Source: Negaprion brevirostris (taxonomy: Eukaryota). From it: a stretch of 63,717 nt of DNA. Numbering within the stretch: the stretch's first letter is position 1; the number at the start of each line of letters is the position of its first letter. Shown in pieces: positions 1-12,229 of the stretch. The position numbers were made by a program, and so were the translations under genes. The notes below the pieces were generated by a model that was given only the letters and a program-made list of their open reading frames with translations, did no database searches and was not told the origin of the DNA. The stretch lies in assembly GCA_030324005.1 (NCBI GenBank), contig JARDVH010000025.1, positions 69,489,696 through 69,553,412 on the forward strand. Direction: 5' to 3'.

Positions 1-313
1 GAGGTTGTGCGGTTGTTTGAAGGCAAGAAGTGGGGATATGGGGATGGCCTTGGCGAGATGTTCGTCTTCATCAATGACATGTTGAAGACTCCGGAGAAGA
101 TGTCATAGTTTCTCCGCTCCAGGGAAATACTGGATGACGAAGGGTACTCTGTCCACCGTGTCTCGTGTTTGTCTTCCAAGGAGGTCAGTGCGATTTTTAG
201 CTGTGGTGTGTTGGAACTGTTGATCGATGAGTCGACCAGCATATCCTGTTCTTATGACGGCATCTTTCAGCATCTGGAGTTGTCTGTTGTCCAATGCCGG
301 CATCTCCACATCA
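1..313 (-). mobile_element. Penelope-like element fragment (region between RT and GIY-YIG) with a short inverted terminal piece
   Basis: Minus-strand peptide LKDAVIRTGY..LIDQQFQ..TAKNRTDLLGRQTRD..DRVPFVIQYFPGAEKL is typical of the Penelope RT C-terminus/linker. 290-313 (tccaatgccggcatctccacatca) is the reverse complement of the terminus at ~21603-21626. Confidence 0.8.
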
Positions 314-660
314 GGGATAAATGTTAAGCAGATGTTCCCCCTCATGGGGAATTTTGAATTTTGACAAAGTTTCAAAATAAAGGTTCTCTCATTTAAGATG
401 GAGTTGAGGAGAAATTTATTTTCTCAGAGGGTCAAGAATCTTTGAATTCTCAACTCAGAGTTGTGTTGAATGAATCTTTGAATATATTCAAGGCTGAGGT
501 AGACAAATTCTTGAATGTTAAAGAAATCAAGGGTTATAGAATAAAGGCAAGAAAGTGGAGGTAAGGCCAAGATCAATGAGCCATGATCTTATTGAACGGT
601 GGAGCAGGTTTCAAGGGCCTTTGGCCTACAGCTGTTCATATTTCTTATTTTCTCATGTTC
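314..660 (+). mobile_element. CR1 LINE 3' end (decayed)
   Basis: ttcccc..tgggg..., gagttgaggagaaatt...tctcagagggtc..gaatc, aggctgaggtagacaaattcttg, gccatgatcttattgaacggtggagcagg: CR1 ORF2 end and 3' UTR pattern repeated throughout the window. Confidence 0.8.
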
Positions 661-724
661 CTGGTACGGCAATATTGTTTTGATTCTTTTACAGGATGTG
701 GGTGTTGCTAAGCCATCATTGATT

Positions 725-1243
725 GGGTGGCATAGTAGCATAGTGGTTAGCATTGCTGCTTCACAGCTGCAGCAATGTGTGTTCAATTCCTGGCTTAAGA
801 ACATAAGAAATAGGAGCAGGAGTAGGCCGTCTAGCCCTTTGAGCCTGCCCCGCCATTCAATAAGATCATGGCNNNNNNNNNNNNNNNNNNNNNNNNNNNN
901 NNNNNNNNNNNNNNNNNNNNNNNNNNNNNNNNNNNNNNNNNNNNNNNNAGGTTAGAGGAATTAGTGGGTAAATATGTAGGGATATGAGGGTAGGGCCTGG
1001 GTGGGATTGTGGTCAGTGCAGACATGATGGGCCCAATGGCCTCTTTTTGCACTATAGGATTTCTATGATTGGCCATGCTAAATTGCCCATAGTGTCCCAA
1101 GATGCATGGGTTGGATGGATTAGATGTGTAGGGTTACGGGGATAGGGCAGGGGAGAGGGCCTGGTAAGACATTCTGTCAGAAAGTCGGTGCAGATTTGTT
1201 GGGCCAAATGGCTTCTTCTGCACTGTAGGGATTCTATGATTCT
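725..1243 (+). mobile_element. HE1-like V-SINE pieces (tRNA head 725-796, two tandem 3' tails 949-1243), interrupted by a minus-strand CR1 tail (797-872) and a gap
   Basis: A/B-box head (tagcatagtggttagca...gttcaattcc), attggccatgctaaattgccc core and gggccaaatggc..ctgcactgtagggattctatgattctatg tail. Confidence 0.8.
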
Positions 1244-3419
1244 ATGGCGCGAATACACAAAATAAAGCTCTCCTTGTTTTTTTCTTGGTCAAGTATCTGC
1301 TTTCAAATGTGAGGATTGTTTGCACCTTTATTTCTGGTTTACACAATTTGAAGATTTGTTGTTAATATCCAAGTATTTTGCAGTTCTCATTTAAACTGAA
1401 AGGTTGATATGGTTGATATTTGTTATTGAGACCTGACCAAAAGACTTGGACAGCATTGTGTTCTATTTCCATTTTTTGTGTTTGTCAAAAAGTAGTCCCT
1501 GTTATTAGCAAATTGAATGAGCTTCTGGAGATAAAATGGATACAGCTTTGATACATTATTCCGGTAACACGTTCAACAGACCTGCAAAATGCCATACATC
1601 TGAAACATCTCCCCACACAGTGCTTGGCAGAATATGTAGACTGTTATTACCTAATGTATCTTCAGTTCCCAGGATTCTTTATAAAATTATTCTAGTATTC
1701 TATCAATAGTAGAACCCAGCACTTCAGAGAGATGTTAGAGACAGGAGAGAGACAGGCAAACTGTACATCTTTCGTCTCACCAACTGTCTGTGAGCAGAAG
1801 ATTATTTGAATTATTTTCAAAGTATGTGGTGGCATGCTTTCCCAAACCCTGCGTAAGTATGGTCTAATTAACTAATAATCATTATGCAAATTTGCTGTGA
1901 GTTCACACTGAAGATTAGTTTATTCCACATTCAAAACCCAGGGGAAGAGTGTTTGCAAATTTCCACTCCACTACACACACACATACAAGAAGGGGCAAGG
2001 GATATAAACAAGAATTTTACAACTATGGGCAGTAACAGTACAAGAACCACAGAAATGAATATTAGTTTACATAATTCCAGAGGCACAGTCCAATGGAGAA
2101 CTCTTTCATATCGGACCTCAAGTTCAGCTGGCTGAAGACGTGAGTTGTAGAGTTCCCTTTACAGCTGCTGCTGATACTCCAAGATGAATTATATACACAG
2201 TGATTGGGTTAGTTCTGCATTCAATAATAGGAAATCTTACAGCAGAGACTGGCTTCAGGGACAGATTGTTGTTTTGCCTGGAGTTCTATTTCTTGGTGGT
2301 TCGCCAGTTGGATGTTGAACAGCAGACTGTCTGAGGCCAAAGATGTAATGTTAATACTGTCCAAAACGCTAGAGGCTTGGAGTCATGTGACATGGTCCAC
2401 TAGTGGTTAATTGTAGCTTAATAATCAGTTTCTGTGCTTGTGGCCAGAATTCCATTGTCCCTCCTTAGGAGAGAGACAAAGTGGCTATGAGATCTCTTCT
2501 GGTATAATGAATTTTGATTTCTCACTTTGTGATAGTTTAGGTCAGGGAGTCAATTCATCTGCATTTCCTGTGCTTTCATTGCTTACAAGGGGTTTGTATT
2601 AAGGCGCAAGATTCCACAGGCTGAGAGAGGAATTCTTTTGTTCTTGTAACTCATGGTGGGAGCTCTGTCCTGTGATCATGTGACTGGCAGCAGCCATCTT
2701 TATTTGTTGAACAGAAAGTCAAGTTTTTAAACATGATAAAAGAATAAAGTTCTAGATTTCTTTTTACGTTAATGGACCTAACAAATGTCTTTATATTCAT
2801 GATGGAAATGTAACCTTTTTCAGATAATGGGTACTTTTAGCTGACTTGTCCTTTTATTAAAAGATTGCAAAATCACTGAGAGTTCTCAAAGAAAGTGCCT
2901 TCAATGAAACTATGTTCCGAGTTTTTCCAGGACTATGCTCCCTTCCAGAATAAAAAGAAAATTTAGACATCCTGATAAAAACTGCTACCTTTGTAACCAT
3001 TTTAATTCATTATAAAAAAGGTCTACTTCAGGTCACTGTGTGCTTGGTAGTAGGATCCTTATTCTAGTTGTCGAACTCTACAGCTGAAATTACTCATACA
3101 TTGATAATTATATTGTATCCCTGATGGCATAGAGGGCTACTAAAGATCAGGATTAAGTGTTCAGATTAAGTTTCATACTGACTTCAAAGACTAAAATCTA
3201 ATTTATTCTTCAAGTTTTAAAATTAACAAAGCTCTACTGAGACCAGTAGAAACTTGAAATATTAATCTATCCAAACAGCAGAAGAATGCTGTCTTTATTT
3301 TTTAAAAAGGCAGTTACCTGTTTACAAAAGTAAGGAATAGAGCCTGAAAAATTCAACCTCAGTGGGGAGTATCTGTCTAACGATATAATAACAAATGGAT
3401 TGAATTTGATTTTGCTTTT

Positions 3420-3530
3420 AGGAACACAGGAACAGGAGGAGGCAGTTTAACCTATTGAGCCTGTTCTGCCATGCAATGAGATCATAGCTGATCTGTGACC
3501 CTACTTCATAATCCAATATCCCTCAAAAAT
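3420..3530 (-). mobile_element. CR1 3' tail fragment
   Basis: aggaacacaggaacaggaggaggc...gagcctgttctgcc...gagatcatagctgatctg is the reverse complement of the CR1 tail. Confidence 0.65.
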
Positions 3531-3809
3531 CAAATGATCCACTAGAATCTAAATGTTGGCCTACTCAGCCCTATTATTCTTCTTCAAACACCTAAGGTTA
3601 GATTTCCCTGGGTTGGGTCCAAAGAGTCGTGGGAATTCCAGCTCCGTGAACCAGGCCTTTAAAAATGGGATTGTCCTGGAAGACAATCTGTTCTTGTCCC
3701 ACTGAATTTATTTCTTGTTATCTTTACTCTATCTTTCCAGTCTCTTCCCACCTAAATTCGTGATTCTTCTGATGTTATTTTAATATTTTCCAGTTTTGCT
3801 GAAAGAAGA

Positions 3810-4275
3810 CACTTTTTTCCCCCGAAGCTTTTCATCTTGCATGCATCAGGACAATTGCAAGAATACATTATAAATTATATGAAAAGAGAATAGTGACTGA
3901 TTGGCAAGTAAACTTTGTATGGTAGAAGGATTGTCATGGAGAATGCACCAGTGGATGGTGACTGACAGTTAACTGCTAGATACTGTTTGAAATTTAAAGC
4001 AGGCAGCTTAACTGTGATTGGTTAAGGCATTGTGTTGAGGAATGAACCTGCAAATGGCTGTTGTTTAGCTTGTTTCATTGAAACAAGCACAATGTGTGTA
4101 CATATTCTTTCTGTATGCAAATAACAGGGTCTTTGTCATTGCTTCCATAACATGCAAAGGCACAACATTACAAATCTGACTTAAATCTTAAATAAATTGC
4201 CAATGTAATTTTTCACACATTGCAGATTATTTTCCAAATGTTGTCCAAACGTGAAATCACATCAACTGTTGATCA
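3810..4275 (-). mobile_element. Penelope-like element 3' end (second family)
   Basis: Minus strand gives CDFTFGQHLENNLQCVKNY...EA...PVICIQKE (frameshifted GIY-YIG C-terminus). It is followed by a 3' UTR with a hammerhead-like gtcCTGATGcatgcaagatGAAAagcttc at ~3824-3853. Confidence 0.7.
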
Positions 4276-4324
4276 CTGTGTTTGAGTTGAGGAACTATAG
4301 GCTTGTTGGTTGTGGTCTGGCCTC

Positions 4325-4705
4325 CCCCTTTCTCCTCCATCCCAGGGCAATGATAGGATTCCACTTTTTACCCTTCCAGCTTCTGCATTCAGATGATCAT
4401 CCACTGCGATTTCCACCAATTGCCGCATGATGCCATCACCAAACATCTTTCCCTCACCTCCCCTATCAGACTTGCAAAAGGATCGTTCCTTCCGTAACAC
4501 CCATGTCCTCTCCTCCATCACCCCAACACCACATCATCTTCCCATGCAATCACAGGTGTTGAAACTTTTACCTCCTTCCTGTCCATCGCCTAAACATTCC
4601 TTTCAGGTGAAGGACTTGCACTTCTTTCAATTTGCTACTGTAGTCACTGCTTACAATGCCATTCCCTCTATATTGGGAAGACTAACTGCAGAATGGGTGA
4701 TGACA
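4325..4705 (+). mobile_element. Penelope-like element internal fragment (linker plus start of GIY-YIG)
   Basis: Peptide IFPSPPLSDLQKDRSFRNTHV...PKHSFQVK, then ctctatattgggaagact (LYIG-like); decayed. Confidence 0.7.
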
Positions 4706-4710
4706 TAGTG

Positions 4711-5008
4711 AGGCAGCATGGTGACATAGTGGCTAACACAGTGCCTCACAGCCCCAGGGACCCGGGTTCAATTCCAGCCTTGGATGTTTGTGTGAAGTTT
4801 GCATGTTCTCCCCGTGTCTGTGTGGGTTTCCCCTGGGTGCTCCGGTTTCCTCCCACAGTCCAAAGATGTGCTGATTAGGTTGATTGGCCATCTAAATTTT
4901 CTCTTAGTGTCCCAAGATGTGTAGGAATTAGCGGGGCAAATGCAGAGAGTTGTGGGGATAGGGTGTGGGATGGACCTGGGTAAGAGAGTCAGATACTCAG
5001 TGCGGACT
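4711..5008 (+). mobile_element. HE1-like V-SINE, near full length
   Basis: tRNA-derived head (tgacatagtgg...gggttcaattcc) and V-domain gtttgcatgttctccccgtgtctgtgtgggtttcc...tccggtttcctcccacagtccaaagatgtgc. Confidence 0.9.
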
Positions 5009-5187
5009 TTATCCATTTTGTATTTCTCTCTCCTAGTGTCTGTCTATGTCTTATTCTGAAGTTTTGCTTCAGACAGCACTGTTTTTTATTCTGTTATTGT
5101 CAGCTATTCTGGACCAATGCTTTGTTTCTTTATTGCTACCATTCTCACTTTCCTGGTCTTTTGTTCCATGACATTTTTGTAACTTAG

Positions 5188-5531
5188 GGGGTGATTCTCA
5201 CAGGCTGCCAGCCCTAGCCAAGATTTGTGATGGTCCATTGAATCAGCTGTGAGGGCCAAAATGGCAATCTCACTGGTTTCAAACACATTGTGAGTCTCTT
5301 GGCCCACTGCGCCTGGCCCAGAGTGGGCGAGAACCTGAGGACTACTAATTTAAAAGCATTAGAAAACAATTATCGGGCTAGAAACCAGATTCAGCAGCCT
5401 CCTGGAATGCTGACCACAACCCCCTCCCCTTATTGGAAAGGCACACAGGTGACAATTAGTGCAAGTCTTGAAGAACCAGATGCTACGATACCAAGGGAGA
5501 GCATGTGGTTGAGTACCGTCTCAACATCCAC
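5188..5531. mobile_element. Non-autonomous TIR DNA transposon fragment (PIF/Harbinger-like)
   Basis: Begins gggggtgattctc, resembling the termini of other TIR elements in the window; GC-richer interior; runs into a gap. Confidence 0.4.
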
Positions 5532-6829
5532 CTCCACAATGCTGAGGGGAGNNNNNNNNNNNNNNNNNNNNNNNNNNNNNNNNNNNNNNNNNNNNNNNNN
5601 NNNNNNNNNNNNNNNNNNNNNNNNNNNNNNNNNNNNNNNNNNNNNNNNNNNTGAGGGGAGTCTGAGTCAGGATGGGGGGCTTGGGCTGGACTAGAGAGGC
5701 TCAGGCTGGGGGTCTTTTCCAAGAGATGGGGCTTTGATGTGTCATGTTAAGTTCAAAGGTCTGTCAGATGACAGTCAAAATCTCCCCTCTGATGTGGTAG
5801 GATTCTTTGATGTGTTCATTTAAAATTCAATTTCATTCCTCTTCAACTTTTTCAAGTCTCCGGCCATGCCAAGAAGCCTAAAAGCCTTGAACGGGATTGC
5901 TTACATTCAATTTCATGCACCAGTCCCTTTTACCAGCCTTTTTATTGATAGGTCCAGGCTATTTCACAGTACACAGAAGCTTCGTTTGTTCTGATTGTTC
6001 TCATTGTCAATTAAATCCCATGTGTTTCCTCTTTTGAGCTGCCGCAGATTCTTTTTTAAACAGGCTTTCTCTTTGTTCTGAAGATCTTCCTAGAATGGCC
6101 AGGTGCACAGTCTGACTGATTTTCTAGAAAAATTTGGGATTTCATTTGTTCTGAAGACCTTTCTGGAAAGATCAGATGAACAATCTGAATATTTTTCACC
6201 ATAATGGGTCTTGGTCTATTTGCAGCCATAGAACAAGTTGGCCTAACTCCAAGGTGTCTTCAGTGATGACCTACGAGCAGCCACTATTTATGTCTCTGTG
6301 TGGATGTTGTGACCATGCTGAGGGGCTCAGAGGCCTTTGGAGCCCTGGATGGTCAGGTATGTGGCTTGACAGTGCCCTGGCAATACCACCCTAGCAGTAT
6401 CCCCAGTTCTCTTCCTCAGCCATTTTTAGTAGCAACCACAGTCAGAATTTAAGAGCTGCAGTGTGGGCTAGCATTAACTGGTGCTTGCCTCAGATGAATT
6501 TGGTTGCCCTGCGCAGCCACAGAGAAGTGCATTTTGCATTGGGCTGCACATCACACCTAATAAGATGGTCAGGCAACAATAAGTTTGTGTGCTGCCTGTA
6601 TCATTTCCATCATTTCACTCCCAATTTTTATCCCATGCACCGTTCATAAAATGGAGTGGGCCACAAAAAGTAAAAGGTTTTTAACAGGCATGAAGGTAAG
6701 CAGGTTACCAATTTCAGAACCTGTATTACTGGGGAATGGCAGGATGACATTGGATTGCTGATCTGATGCGATCATGCATCAGTGTGGAAGGTGAAGTTGC
6801 TGTTCAATTTGTCTCTGTAAAAATCCAGC

Positions 6830-7145
6830 CTATAAGTACAAATCCCACCATAAGAAATTTTAAATGCAATTGATTATCTGCAATGAAATACTATAGTCTC
6901 ATTAATAATGATCACGAAACCACCAGGTTATGATAAGAAATCTATTTGATTTACTCATGTCCTTCAGAGGAGAAGACTTGCTATCTACATGTGACTGTAG
7001 ACCCTTGGTTGTGCGGTTGACTCTCTGAATTAGCCCAACGCGACATTGAGTTGTATCCAACTTACTCACAGAAGATGGTGACCTTCCCAAGGTCAATTGC
7101 AGATAGGCAACAAATGCTGACCTTGCCAGCAATGCTCACCTCCCA
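6830..7145 (+). mobile_element. tRNA-derived SINE (second family), decayed
   Basis: Shares atgtccttcag..gaa...ctacatgtgact..agacc...gttgactctc...gggcaa..aaatgctg blocks with copies at 45404, 49395 and 56365. Confidence 0.7.
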
Positions 7146-7309
7146 AAAAAATAACTTGAGAGTTTTGAAACAGCATCAACATTCTTTCAAAGCAGATAAT
7201 CTGGAGAGATCATGAACTATTCCTGGAAGCTTGTGCTGTAATAGGAAGGAATTTACAATGTGAAATTTTGTTTAATTACTGATATTTTTGAACTAAATCT
7301 GAAAGGAAA

Positions 7310-7600
7310 TAACTTCTATTTATCCGGTGCCCATCTCAACCTCAGGATGCTGCAAATTGCTTTATAGCTCATGAAATACTTTTAAAATGTAATCACTAGT
7401 GCTGTGCAGGGAAATGAGTTAGTCAGTTTCTACAAAGCAAACTCCCACAAACAGCAATGAAGAAATGACTAGACAATCTATTTTAGAGATGTTGAGGGTT
7501 AAATATTGCTCAGGACATGAAGAGAATCCCCAGCTTATCTTCAAAGAGTGTCACATGAGCTTTTACATCAATCCATGGGGTTAGGGAAGGTACACATTGC
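7310..7600 (-). mobile_element. DeuSINE-type (SacSINE1/AmnSINE-related) SINE, decayed
   Basis: gcaaactcccacaaacagcaatga...ttgagggttaaatattg..caggac...cttcaaa.agtg.catg matches the reverse of the Deu-domain SINE body as I recall it. Confidence 0.65.
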
Positions 7601-9477
7601 CCCAGCTTAATGTTTAGTCTGAAAATTATCTTCCCAGTAGTGACTGACAGAGTTTGCACATTCACTTCCTATTTTTGGTACATCTATTATCTTTATTACT
7701 TGGCATGCTTTGTTTTAGTCTTCGTTTATAAATCAAATTATCAAAGGCTATTATTTTGGAAATCCTGCTTCGGTGCAGTCATTTCAAAAGGAATTTAATA
7801 ACATGTTGCAAATTAATTTGTTAGCCCTTGGGTACCTTCACTGTTAGGACAGAGGAAGGAAAAGATTCCAGATAGTAGAGGAGAAAGTTCCCCAGACTGG
7901 CACCACGATTGACAACAGGGAAAATACTTAAACTTCAAAATCTTAACAGGCTTCATGTGGCATGTAGTTGCTTTCATGGAGAACTGTCAGTCTAATGGAT
8001 TTAGTATCTGCTGCAAGGGTAAGTGAGCCTTATGGCATAGTCACTGAATATCCCTACCTCATCTGACATGAGGACAGAGCAGTGCTCAGACCACATCCAA
8101 AAATTCGGCCCCAAAGTTCTGTCTGAATTCCATGTGACGCATGAAATCATCATTCCATCTTCCCTTCTCCACATAAGTCTGAAATGGAACGCAGTTTGAA
8201 ATCATGTGGATATGAGGACAACTCTCTGTTACTATGCAGACAAAGTTTAAAATGTCAGAATGTCCACTTAGCTAAGTCCTATGGAAGTAAACCCTCATCA
8301 TAAAACAAAGAATGGTTTATTAAGCAGTAAAACGTATTCTACCTCATACGCAGAAGCATCTGTCTAGACCAAACCATTCTCAAGAAAATAAACCATCATG
8401 TAACTAGTTTAAGCATACTTCTTAAGAAAAACAACCAAATGAGTAATTTTCTGACTATAACCAAATATTATAGTTGGATTTGGCCTGAAAAAAGTGAATG
8501 TGAAGTTTGTAACTTTATCTCTGCTTTGGGTGCCTAAACAGACAAGTCATCTCTCCAATAGTAATGCTACTTTGGGATTAACCATTTACACTGGATAANN
8601 NNNNNNNNNNNNNNNNNNNNNNNNNNNNNNNNNNNNNNNNNNNNNNNNNNNNNNNNNNNNNNNNNNNNNNNNNNNNNNNNNNNNNNNNNNNNNNNNNNCT
8701 GGATAAAATGTAAATCAAGATACACAATTACTCACCTAAATTACAGAATCCGAAATACACTGACTTTGCCACCTTTAAGCCATTTGAGTCTCGCGGTAAT
8801 GCAAACTTGTTTGAAGTTTTGATAATCGTTTTATGCTACACATGAAAAGTTACTTGCAACAAACACATTTGAGAATTCGAGTACCATAAGTTGAAATTGG
8901 GAACATTGGTTATTGATCTGTCCCATACTTTGGTTATGGAAAAAAATAAAGCACCAGTTTCAAGTTTATAATCTTAATTTTGCTGGTATTTTGTGTATTT
9001 ACCAAAAGTGTATAGAAGGAAATTACTTCCCACAATAATCCCTGTTTCCCATAAAAGTGTTCTGTACAAAAGTACAACTCAATTTTTCCTCACTGTTGGG
9101 ATGTTCAAAATTTTGAATACTCCTTAAACATCCACTTGCATAATGAGTTTGCAAAGTTATAAGCCAACTTCTGGGTTAGGAAAAAATACTGAAATATCCC
9201 ACAAACACTGTTCATCATATTTCTTTGCACCAGGCAAATCCCTTCCTAACAGATTCTGCCCACAATATTAATCATTGGTAATCAGCAATGAGGGACAGCA
9301 TCTAATTTGTAGATTTTTCATATTTATTTTTGTGGTTTGCTTCATATATACATCCTTTTAGATTGCCTAGTGATGCAATAAGAGTTATTTCCATGCAGAT
9401 AATCACTTAATCTTACCAAACCTAAATACAACCTGTTAAGGGTATCAGGAAAGAGAGTATTTTTGCTGTTGAACAGA

Positions 9478-9765
9478 TTAAAGTAAGGTTTATTTATTAG
9501 TGTCGCAAGTAGGCTTACATTACACTGCAAGAAGTTACTGTGAAAATCCTCTAGTCACCACACTCCAGCACTTGTTCGGGTACATTGAGGGAGGTTTTAG
9601 CATGGCCAATGCACCTGATCATCACGTCTTCAGACTAAGGGAGGAAATCAGAGTATCCGGAGCAAACCCATGCAAACACAGGAAGAACATGCAAACTCCA
9701 CACAGACAGTGACCTAAGCTGAGAATTGAACCCAGGTCCCTGGCGCTGTGAGGCAGACCATGACA
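9478..9765 (-). mobile_element. V-SINE subfamily with an alternative 3' tail
   Basis: Reverse V-domain (acatgcaaactccacacagacagtgacc..gagaattgaaccc) joined to tttatttattagtgtcgcaagtaggcttacattacactgcaa...gttactgtgaaaatcc. Confidence 0.85.
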
Positions 9766-10899
9766 GTACATTTTTTTTAAAACACCTTAAAACCTTGTAC
9801 TTTTGTTGAGAAGAACCAAATGTAAAGAAGGTTGGGATTTTCAGGTGAAGAACTTGAAATTTTAATCTGTTAAAAGGATTGGCATCCATTCTAACTTGAT
9901 TGCCTGACGTTATCTGAGATTAGGACAGGATAACTCTATTCAAAGCGTAAGGGATGCTTATACCTGAAGGCAAATAATGTTGTATCACCTTAAGATTGAG
10001 CTTCTTAATTCTTTGAATGTAATTCTACCTGCATATACGAAAAGTAAGCAATCTTCCAAATAAGATAAAAGCTACAGGAACAGATCCTTCCTGAATTTTG
10101 CACCACATGATAATCAATTGAACTTCCCCAGCCCCCACCAAACACAAAGCCTTGTTTTACTATCCATTTTTTAAACAGCATCAGGTTAATACAACAAAGC
10201 AAACTGACACAAATATAAAATGATAAGCTCTAAATATTCCAGCTAAGAATGACAAAATAAATGGTGATGAAAGATCAAAACTTTGTACATGAAGGCTGAA
10301 CTACATTCATGAAGTGAGGAAGGACATTTTGAATGTAAATAAATGAATATTTTCTCTCATTTATTGAACCTCCGCATGCAAATAACCTACTCAAATAAGA
10401 CAAAAGTACAAGTTAGCAATCATAACTCAATATCTGCAGTTACAGTTTGCGTGATATCTCAATATCACACAAAAGGTGCTAAAGAGCTTGTTGCCTTATC
10501 AGACCAAGGCATTCTCTCCAAAACTGAAGCATAAACAGGTAATATTTTAACATCACAATTTCATGGCAAAAATGGATGTAAGCAGCTTAAGATGAAAAAT
10601 ATGGACAGCATGTTAAAGTTGGCAAATAACAAATGGTGCACCAAACACTAGAGCATGAAGTTCACATACCGTGTGAGCAACTGCAAGAAACATAATCATT
10701 TTCAAAGGCAACAGTTCATGATCATTCAAATTTACAAGTTCAGCTGAATAAATTAATGGTTTTAGCTCCTAAATGTTTCCCATTAATAGAGCTAATGCAG
10801 CAAAGTCTGTCATTTACTACCCAACTTCTCAGTAAATGTAGCAAGATCCAAGGGTTGAACAGAGAATTCTTGTTGCTATACTCTGTCTTTTCGAGATAC

Positions 10900-11026
10900 A
10901 TGCTGGAATTTTGCTGGCACACCTATCCCAGAATTGGGGCGGGTGAGGCTTGCAGAATGGCATTCTCTGTTGGCCTTGGGCAGGATCTTACGAGCCTTGG
11001 GCAGGCGAAGCGGTAAAATCCCGATC
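10900..11026. mobile_element. ~125-bp MITE with short TIRs
   Basis: Ends ..gctggaatttt / gtaaaatcccgatc; interior similar to 40999-41128, 62220-62332 and 63386-63514. Confidence 0.6.
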
Positions 11027-11639
11027 ATATTATCAAAAAAAAGATTGAAGATGATCGATCTCTTATCCCTGATAAGGATGACAGTCAGACTATGGAAGAA
11101 ATTTTCCAGATTCATGGAAAGGGGGATTGGGAGAATAGCAAGGTTGGAGAAGCTCAAGAATTCCTTATGTGTCTTGGTGGTGTTTGCCTTCCCACAATGA
11201 GTTTAACGACAGGCAATGTTTTAAACCTCACATGGGCCTCCTCTGGTCACTCGGCTCGTTGCTGGGCAGCTGATAATATGGGGTTTCCCCAATGTGGATC
11301 TGAAAATTAGGTCTTGTCATTGTTGAAATAAGCAGGCTGTAATTTTATGGCCGGAATTCTCTGGCAGATTCTCTGGCCTCATCAGCAGCACACCTCCTGC
11401 TGTGGGTTTCCCATTGGAATTCCCATTAACAGCGATGGGACCAGAAGTTTCAGCCTGCACACTCCCATTTCTCAGTGCCCACCTGTTCCCAGTCTCTCTG
11501 GCAACACTGAGCCTCTCTTAGCAAGTGTTTCACACTGTTAATTGCCCAGCCAGCGTACAGTTACGTTTTGGGGCCGCTCATGCCTTGAATGTCTGCTTGA
11601 GCGCGTGTCCGATGGGCAAAAAATTTAGGCCTCTAAAGC

Positions 11640-12175
11640 ACTGGCAGGGCCTCAACTGGAGCATTGTGTCCAATTCTACATACCTGACTTTCAGAAGGAA
11701 GTGAATGTTTTAAAGAGGTTGTCGAAATGATTTAAAAGAATGTTTCTAGAAACGAGGGACTTCAGCAATATGGATTGATTGGAGAAGCTGAGTTATCCAG
11801 AGGAAAAAAATTTGAAAGGAAATTTAATAATATATTTAAAAGCAAGAAGGATCTGGATGGAGTGAGCAGGGAGAAGGATTGTGAACCAAACATCACTGAT
11901 CCTTACTGCCTGACAAAAATATCACCTGCAACATGAGGAAAATCTGTTTTATGCAGCAAGTGATCTGTCTGGGATGTGCGTTTGCAAGTGCAGCGAAATT
12001 GAACATGCCTTTCAAAAGGGAATTGGATAAGCACCTGAAGAAATAGCGTCTACCGAGTTACAGGGAAAGGGCTGAAGAATGGGATTGGCTGACGTATTCT
12101 TACAGAGAACTAACAGGAGCATGTTGGTCCGAAAGGCCGCCTTCGGTTCTGCAACCATTCTGCCATTCTATGAAA
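11640..12175 (+). mobile_element. Old CR1 LINE 3' portion
   Basis: caactggagcattgtgtccaattct (LEHCVQF) ... ttcaaaagggaattggataagcacctg ... ccattctatga tail. Confidence 0.7.
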
Positions 12176-12229
12176 TAAGTGACCAGATCATCTAGTTTTA
12201 GGTTTAGGTTGTGGGATAAACTTAAGTCA

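Noticed and set aside
4711-4790. tRNA genes (also 57406, 50200-50278, 56640-56718)
   Set aside because: These are SINE heads with A/B boxes running into SINE bodies, with no intact cloverleaf.
8591-8706. ctggataa on both sides of a 100-N gap as a TSD
   Set aside because: The insert is unseen; this cannot be distinguished from contig overlap.
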